A stretch of DNA of 64,000 nucleotides, from assembly GCA_023301465.1 (NCBI GenBank), contig JALZUQ010000035.1, positions 320 through 64,319 of the forward strand, written 5' to 3'. The first letter of the stretch is position 1, and each line of letters begins with the position of its first letter. This document shows positions 58,329-64,000 of this stretch, in pieces. A program made the translations under genes and the position numbers. The notes beneath the pieces were generated by a model. The model was not told where the DNA came from. It saw nothing but the letters and a program-made list of their open reading frames with translations, and did not search any database. This stretch comes from Oligoflexales bacterium (GTDB lineage: Bacteria; Bdellovibrionota_B; Oligoflexia; Oligoflexales; JALZUQ01).

Positions 58329-59124
58329 AACGATGGCTCTCCAATGAAAATAATGTGGTACTTAAGTTATAAATCAAATTCCCTTGCTCTGATTTTCCAG
58401 CGAATTTTTTTGCAAAACTTTTGTTGAATTCTGCAATAAACGCTTTTGCTTCTTGAACCTGGCCTGAAGGGATTGAAAATATAGTGCTTGTAAAATCTCT
58501 GGTTGCGACTGGTTGTGTTTGCAAACTTTTTTTTGCTTTATCTAACAAAAGCAAATGCGACTTCTTAATTGCTTCAGAAGGAATATCGTGCGAAGTATGA
58601 ATAGAAGTTTCTGGAATAAACTCGCCAGATTTCTTTTTTAATAATCCTAATCTTTGTAGCCTTAAGATTGCACCTTCAACATGTATTACAGGCAATTCCA
58701 ATCTAGCACAAATTTCAGAAATCTCCATTTTAGGATTACATTCAAAAATTTCTAAAATTGCAAAGTGGTACCAGTCTTTCACTAATGAAAAAACATCTTC
58801 TTTAATCTTTATAGTTTTTGCAGAATCTAATTTTTGCTTTAATCTTTTTAAGGCAGACTCACGAGATACTTTTGACCTCCCGTGACATGATTCCACTTGA
58901 TCACAAAATAATACTTTTTTATCTTCTTCAAAACCCAAGATTCTAGCGATGTTACTTGCCTTTTTCTTTGATATCCCATGCTTAGATTTTAAAACATCAG
59001 ATAAATGAGAAGGAGTCATATCAAGCTCTTTTGCAAAACTTCTCAAAGAGTAGCTTTGATCAAAGTACTTTCTGGATTCAAGCTCTTCTAATAAGATCTG
59101 ACGATAATCCACTGAGGCATTCAC
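58315..59124 (-). CDS. TIGR02147 family (HTH + DUF4423) regulator
   Basis: YSLRSFAKEL..SHLSDVL..K.G.S, WYHFAILE, PSEAIKKSH, RDFTS, YNLS..LFSL; probable GTG start 59124. Confidence 0.85.
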   Translation of the reverse strand: MNASVDYRQILLEELESRKYFDQSYSLRSFAKELDMTPSHLSDVLKSKHGISKKKASNIARILGFEEDKKVLFCDQVESCHGRSKVSRESALKRLKQKLDSAKTIKIKEDVFSLVKDWYHFAILEIFECNPKMEISEICARLELPVIHVEGAILRLQRLGLLKKKSGEFIPETSIHTSHDIPSEAIKKSHLLLLDKAKKSLQTQPVATRDFTSTIFSIPSGQVQEAKAFIAEFNKSFAKKFAGKSEQGNLIYNLSTTLFSLESHRYENN

Positions 59125-59350
59125 TACTATTTTTTCCCTTGTTATCCTTTCACCATACAGGTTTCCAAAAACCCGTACAAATCTCAGCGAACATAGTGTT
59201 CGTTTAAAAGCCACTTATTGAATCAAATAATTCATATCAATCAATAACTATAAGTCATTGATATTAATATATATTCTTTTAAAATTGTTGTTTTTTTATA
59301 ATATTTATAGTATTTAATTAAAAATAAATTGTTTTTTAAGGAAAGCACCT

Positions 59351-60775
59351 ATGTCAGATCTAAAAGGCCTAAAAGTATTAGTAGTTGAGGACGACGAAGT
59401 TCTTAGACTTTCCTTATGTGCAACACTTCGCGACATGGGACATCACCCGGCCCATGCAAAGAACGGAGCCCAAGGAATTGACTACATCAAAGAGAACCCA
59501 AACGTTGATGTGGTTTTCTTAGATGTAAACATGCCGGTAAAAGACGGCATCGAAGCTCTTGAAGAAATCAAAGAGATTAACCCTAGGTTAGTTTGTTTTA
59601 TTATTACCGCTTACACAAATATTCAAGATGCTGTTCGAGCGATTAAGCACGGTGCTTTTGACTACATAGAAAAACCTCTTTCTAGAGAAAAAATTTCGAA
59701 TGCTTTAGAACGCTCCGTAACTGCAAACGCATTAGTTGAAGCCATCGCCCACTCAGCACCTCAGTTAAACTTTGCGAAAGATAGAAGTATTATTGGTAAC
59801 TCTTCTTCTATTGTCCAAGTTTTTGACATCATCAACAAACTCTCAAAAGTTGAAACCCCAGTCCTTATTCGAGGCGAAAGTGGCACAGGTAAAGAGCTCG
59901 TTGCGAGAGCAATACACTTTAATTCTCACCGCAAAAAAGGTCCTTTTGTTGCAGTAAACTGTGCAGCTATCCCAGAGAATCTTATTGAATCTGAGTTGTT
60001 TGGACATGAAAAAGGTGCTTTCACTGGTGCTGATAAAAAGAAAATTGGTAAGTTTCAATTTGCTGAAGGCGGCACACTTTTCTTAGATGAGATTGGCGAT
60101 ATCAGTGCAGCCATGCAAGTAAAACTTCTTAGAGTCCTACAAGAAAAACAAGTCACTACCATTGGTGGAAACAAAGAAGAAGCTACGGATGTACGCATCG
60201 TCTCAGCTACAAATAAAAACTTAGAAAAAGCGATTGCTGACGAATCTTTTAGAGAAGATCTTTTTTACCGCTTAAATATTCTTCCAATTGTCCTCCCACC
60301 GCTCAGAGACAGAAGAGAAGACATCCCCGCATTAGTGGATTTCATGATTGAGAAATTTAATAATACTCATAACCGCAAAATGAAAAAAATCGAAAAAGAC
60401 GCACTTGCAGTTTTAAGAACGTACAGCTGGCCCGGAAATATTCGTGAGCTAGAAAACGTCATTGAGCATGCGTTTATTATTGAAAACTCTGACATTATTA
60501 CTACAGCTGCTTTACCCGGAAACCTCATTGATAGACAAGGTGCATCTAGTAGTGGTGGAACACCGGGTGATGATGTAATTTTTGGCAAAGACACTGCATT
60601 AAACTATCCTGCACTTAAAGAAAAGTTTGAGCGTGAGTTTATTATCCGTGCACTAAAAGCATTTGGTGGCAAAATCAACCAAACCGCTGAGCACACAAAA
60701 ATGACAAAAGTGACCCTGCTCAGAAAATTAGATAAATTTAAGATTAACCCTAAAGAGTATAGCCAACCTCGATAG
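59351..60775 (+). CDS. Sigma-54-dependent response regulator (NtrC family)
   Basis: REC (VVEDD, FLDVNMP..DG), GESGTGKE, GAFTGA, WPGNIREL, HTH. Confidence 0.95.
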   Translation: MSDLKGLKVLVVEDDEVLRLSLCATLRDMGHHPAHAKNGAQGIDYIKENPNVDVVFLDVNMPVKDGIEALEEIKEINPRLVCFIITAYTNIQDAVRAIKHGAFDYIEKPLSREKISNALERSVTANALVEAIAHSAPQLNFAKDRSIIGNSSSIVQVFDIINKLSKVETPVLIRGESGTGKELVARAIHFNSHRKKGPFVAVNCAAIPENLIESELFGHEKGAFTGADKKKIGKFQFAEGGTLFLDEIGDISAAMQVKLLRVLQEKQVTTIGGNKEEATDVRIVSATNKNLEKAIADESFREDLFYRLNILPIVLPPLRDRREDIPALVDFMIEKFNNTHNRKMKKIEKDALAVLRTYSWPGNIRELENVIEHAFIIENSDIITTAALPGNLIDRQGASSSGGTPGDDVIFGKDTALNYPALKEKFEREFIIRALKAFGGKINQTAEHTKMTKVTLLRKLDKFKINPKEYSQPR

Positions 60776-60823
60776 ATATTTTAGAATGTGTTACTCTTCA
60801 ATTTGAAGTTGGAGGAGTAGCGT

Positions 60824-61336
60824 TTGAGAATACTTGGCATTGATCCGGGATCATCAATATGCGGCTATGGATGTATTGAAATAGCTGATACTGGTTTCCA
60901 GCACCCCAAAAATTTTCGCATCATTGAAGTTGGCACTATTAAACCACCTTCAAAAGAATCTTTTCTCCAAAGACTTTTAATCATTCATCAAGAAATCGAT
61001 TCGCTCATGCTTAGGCTTAAGCCAGAAATTGTTGCTATTGAAAAAGTTTTCGCCAAAATCAACATAAGCTCCACGATAAAATTATCCGAAATTAGAGGAG
61101 CAATTTTTTCTAGTATTTTAAAACACACTGATCAGGTTTTCTCTACAAGTCCTGCATCTGTTAAAAAAGCTATTACAGGACAAGGTCATGCCAGCAAGGA
61201 TCAAGTTGAACTTGCACTAAAGAGCCTCATGCAATTTGACCGAGGCAAACTAAGTCAAGACGCTTCGGATGCCATGGCTATTGCAGTAAGTTGTGGACTT
61301 GATTACCAGCAAACAAATATGAAAGCGGCATTATAA
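60824..61336 (+). CDS. ruvC: Holliday junction resolvase RuvC
   Basis: ILGIDPGS, VAIEKVF, VKKAITGQG.ASK.QV, DASDAMAIA. Confidence 0.95.
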   Translation: MRILGIDPGSSICGYGCIEIADTGFQHPKNFRIIEVGTIKPPSKESFLQRLLIIHQEIDSLMLRLKPEIVAIEKVFAKINISSTIKLSEIRGAIFSSILKHTDQVFSTSPASVKKAITGQGHASKDQVELALKSLMQFDRGKLSQDASDAMAIAVSCGLDYQQTNMKAAL

Positions 61337-61339
61337 TAT

Positions 61340-62575
61340 ATGAAATTTTCAAGTTTTACGGCACTTAGATATATTAACTCATCTCACAAAAATTATTATT
61401 TTTCTTGGATCACTGCACTTTCCATTTTAGGGATTGCTATCGGGATCAGTGCTATGATTCTTGTTATCTCTTTGATGAATGGCTTTGAAACAGAATTAAG
61501 AGATCGTTTTCTGGCCGCGAATGCTCATATTCTTGTTTTTCGCTATCCTTCTGGCATTGAAAACCACGAAGAAGTGACGAAGTATCTCACAGAAAAAGCT
61601 CCTTTCAAAAAAGACTTAAAAGGCGTATCGCCGTTTGTGCACTATGAGACGATGGCGAAACACGGATCTTATTCTAAAAATGTTCTAGTCCGAGGGATTG
61701 ACCCCGCAAAAAGAAGCTCCGTACAAGACCTTCAAAAATTTATCCGCCCATTTAAAAGTGCAAAATTTTTGTACCATCAAACTGGAAAAAATAATTACAA
61801 TAAATCAGTGATCATTGGTTCAGGGCTTCAAAAAGAACTCAATATTAAAATTGGCGACACCATTAAACTAGTTTCCCCAAAATCTAGTAGCATCTCTGTC
61901 TTTGAGCAATTTACAGTGAGAGGAACCTACGACTCCGGATTAGATCATTACGACGAAAAACTCGTACTTATGAATGTTCCAACCGCTCAAAAGTTTTTTA
62001 ATATGGGTCAATACGTTACCGGTTTAGAGATTGGGCTTCATGATCCGTCAAAAAGTATTGGAATCGCAAAAACTATTCGTAAAAAAATGAGCGTACAAAC
62101 CAAACCTTGGCAAAGTTTTAATTCAGCAATATTTAATGCACTAGAGATGGAGCGAGCTGTCATCGCAATGATCGCTGCACTTGTCGCTCTTGTTGCCAGC
62201 TTTAATATTTTTACAACACTCTTTGTTTCCGTAAGCCAAAAGCAAAGAGATATTTCTGTTTTTAAATCTCTAGGAGCAAAAAACCACCAAATTTTAATGA
62301 TGTTCTTAAAGCAAGGGGCTATCATTGGGACTCTCGGAGGGGTTCTTGGGGTAAGTTTTGCTTACTTATTTGCTAAAGCTCTTGTGAAATACCAGTTTAT
62401 TAAGCTACCGGACCTATACCTCGTGACTGAATTACCCATGGAGTTTAACCCTGCTGTATATTTAATCATTGCTGTTGGCGGTGTGTTTGTCTGCCTTATC
62501 GCTGGGTTATACCCGGCATGGCTTGGATCAAAGCAAGATCCCGGGGCAGGCTTTCGTAGCAACCTTTACGACTAA
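61340..62575 (+). CDS. LolC/LolE family lipoprotein-releasing ABC permease
   Basis: SILGIAIGI..MILV.S.MNGFE, VASFNI, K.RDI...KSLGA, GLYPAW. Confidence 0.9.
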   Translation: MKFSSFTALRYINSSHKNYYFSWITALSILGIAIGISAMILVISLMNGFETELRDRFLAANAHILVFRYPSGIENHEEVTKYLTEKAPFKKDLKGVSPFVHYETMAKHGSYSKNVLVRGIDPAKRSSVQDLQKFIRPFKSAKFLYHQTGKNNYNKSVIIGSGLQKELNIKIGDTIKLVSPKSSSISVFEQFTVRGTYDSGLDHYDEKLVLMNVPTAQKFFNMGQYVTGLEIGLHDPSKSIGIAKTIRKKMSVQTKPWQSFNSAIFNALEMERAVIAMIAALVALVASFNIFTTLFVSVSQKQRDISVFKSLGAKNHQILMMFLKQGAIIGTLGGVLGVSFAYLFAKALVKYQFIKLPDLYLVTELPMEFNPAVYLIIAVGGVFVCLIAGLYPAWLGSKQDPGAGFRSNLYD

Positions 62576-62687
62576 TACTTAATCGTAAAAAATTGCCTTT
62601 TTATAGCAATTTTGGGTGTACGATCGGCGTATTTAATGTAGTATCCGATGTCTATATTTTTTGCAGCGTTTAACAGGCTTGATAGAG

Positions 62688-63362
62688 ATGACTGAAGCAA
62701 AACAAATTAAAAAAATCCCAGCAGACTCCCTTCCGCTGATCTTTGCAGGTGACCTCGTCATGAGTAAGTGCCCTAACAAAGATTGGAGCGGTTTGTTTAA
62801 AAGATATGGTTTTATTCTAGAGCACTTAGCTAACGAAGATAAAACCACCAGAAATATAAAATATAAGATCATCACAGCACTGGCATTAGGATCACACGCA
62901 AAACACACGGAAGATGCCGACGAAAGAAAACATCTTTACGATTTAAAAAATGATTTGTTCTTTTCATTAGTAAGCAACAAAGAGCTCGAAGATCAATTTA
63001 AAATCAGATACCTAGCCACAAACAGGTTTCTCGTCACAAAATTTTGTGACTCATCCAAAGAAGAAAACTCTGGAATTACAGAGAAATGGAAATGGAAACA
63101 CTGCAAAAACTGTGAAGTAGATAGAAACTTTTTTAATGTCTACGCTCTTAACTACCGCTCAAAAGGTTTTGCCGCTTGCTTGTTTGCAAGCAACGACCAA
63201 AAGAGCCGCTTCGAAAAAGCGAACTTTAAAAAAGACAAACTAGAAAAGTACGCTGAAGAAATTCTTATCGGTAACTATACTTACAACTCCAAAAACATGA
63301 GTGCCTTTGAGCTAAAAGGCTTACTTGAACTCAACAGCAAACTCATAGAAAGCAAAGCATAA
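62688..63362 (+). CDS. Hypothetical protein
   Basis: Open frame with ATG 62688; CKNC motif. Confidence 0.55.
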   Translation: MTEAKQIKKIPADSLPLIFAGDLVMSKCPNKDWSGLFKRYGFILEHLANEDKTTRNIKYKIITALALGSHAKHTEDADERKHLYDLKNDLFFSLVSNKELEDQFKIRYLATNRFLVTKFCDSSKEENSGITEKWKWKHCKNCEVDRNFFNVYALNYRSKGFAACLFASNDQKSRFEKANFKKDKLEKYAEEILIGNYTYNSKNMSAFELKGLLELNSKLIESKA

Positions 63363-63363
63363 A

Positions 63364-63576
63364 ATGATGACTGAATGGACCGGGTACCTTGCTTCTTTTT
63401 TGGTGATGCTCTCTTTTTTAGCTAAAGATGTGCGTAAACTACGTATTATTAATTCTGTTGGGTGTTTGTGCTTTGTGATTTATGGAAGTCTTTTGATCCC
63501 CGTGAACTGGCCAATTATTATTACGAATGTTTTTATCATGTTGATTAATGGCAAGTATCTGTTTTCAAAAAACTAA
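63364..63576 (+). CDS. Small YgjV-like membrane protein
   Basis: GYLAS..V..SF.....LR.IN.VGC..FV.YG, P.I.TN. Confidence 0.75.
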   Translation: MMTEWTGYLASFLVMLSFLAKDVRKLRIINSVGCLCFVIYGSLLIPVNWPIIITNVFIMLINGKYLFSKN

Positions 63577-63805
63577 CTTCTGTTAAGCCCTACATAGAAA
63601 ACCAAAAACCTGCCATACCGTCTATCTATTCTTTTTTGACCTCTTGTCAAAAACATCGACACTCATTCAAATAAAAGACATTCAGTAAAAGTTAAGAGCA
63701 CGAGATTACTGTGAATTTTATGGCCCTCATTTTGCTCTATGATGCTCGTATTCACATAGTGCGAGTATAAAATTTTATGTTGTCTTGTTTTAATTGGAGT
63801 TGTTT

Positions 63806-64000
63806 ATGAAAAATTTATCAAATCTCATGTATGTTCTTGGAATAGGTTCCCTTACATTGAGCATTAGCTGTGGCAGTAACCACAAAGACGAAGCTAAAAA
63901 GTCACCTGAAGTAGAACAAAACGTTACGAATGTAAATCCTACTTCTGAAGCACCTGAAGCAGAACAAAATGTTACGAATATAAATCCTACTTCTGAAGCA
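63806..64000 (+). CDS. Lipoprotein with 16-aa tandem repeats (partial, runs off window)
   Basis: GGAG RBS; MKNLSNLMYVLGIGSLTLSISC; not in ORF track because there is no stop in the window. Confidence 0.7.
   Translation, partial: MKNLSNLMYVLGIGSLTLSISCGSNHKDEAKKSPEVEQNVTNVNPTSEAPEAEQNVTNINPTSEA
63905..64000 (+). repeat. 48-bp tandem repeat (at least 2 copies)
   Basis: PEVEQNVTNVNPTSEA / PEAEQNVTNINPTSEA. Confidence 0.9.

Overview
AT-rich bacterial chromosomal window with no rRNA, tRNA, CRISPR array or intact transposon that I can see. The gene content (TIGR02147-type HTH regulator, GYF-domain membrane protein, STAS/Zn-ribbon protein, two sigma-54 activators) suggests Bdellovibrionota/Oligoflexia, which is an inference. 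Positions ~16.4-64 kb are mostly housekeeping genes (malic enzyme, gmk, relA/spoT, dprA, rnc, der, lipA, rpsB-tsf-pyrH-frr, rpmF, fabD, miaB, ffh, ridA, ruvC, lolC/E) mixed with hypothetical proteins. The first ~16 kb is accessory. The main finding is a compact minus-strand RiPP-like operon at 1658-5271: ABC exporter, then a 44-aa precursor with six tandem CGR(R/K) repeats (mis-started in the ORF track; likely real start 3488 with a GGAGG RBS), a GNRA-capped stem-loop, a DUF692/MNIO oxidase and a DUF2063/HvfC-like partner protein. A second accessory locus (6201-16407) combines two DUF547 proteins, a TIGR04282/DUF2064 transferase, two GT2s, a membrane glycosyltransferase, a beta-barrel and an FAD/4Fe-4S redox pair. 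Other oddities are an orphan tail-tube-like protein with an N-terminal hydrophobic leader (52352-52774), a probable 1-nt frameshift at a GT2 start, a decayed beta-barrel pseudogene and a poly-Q LysM protein. All family calls come from motif recognition by eye, not database searches.
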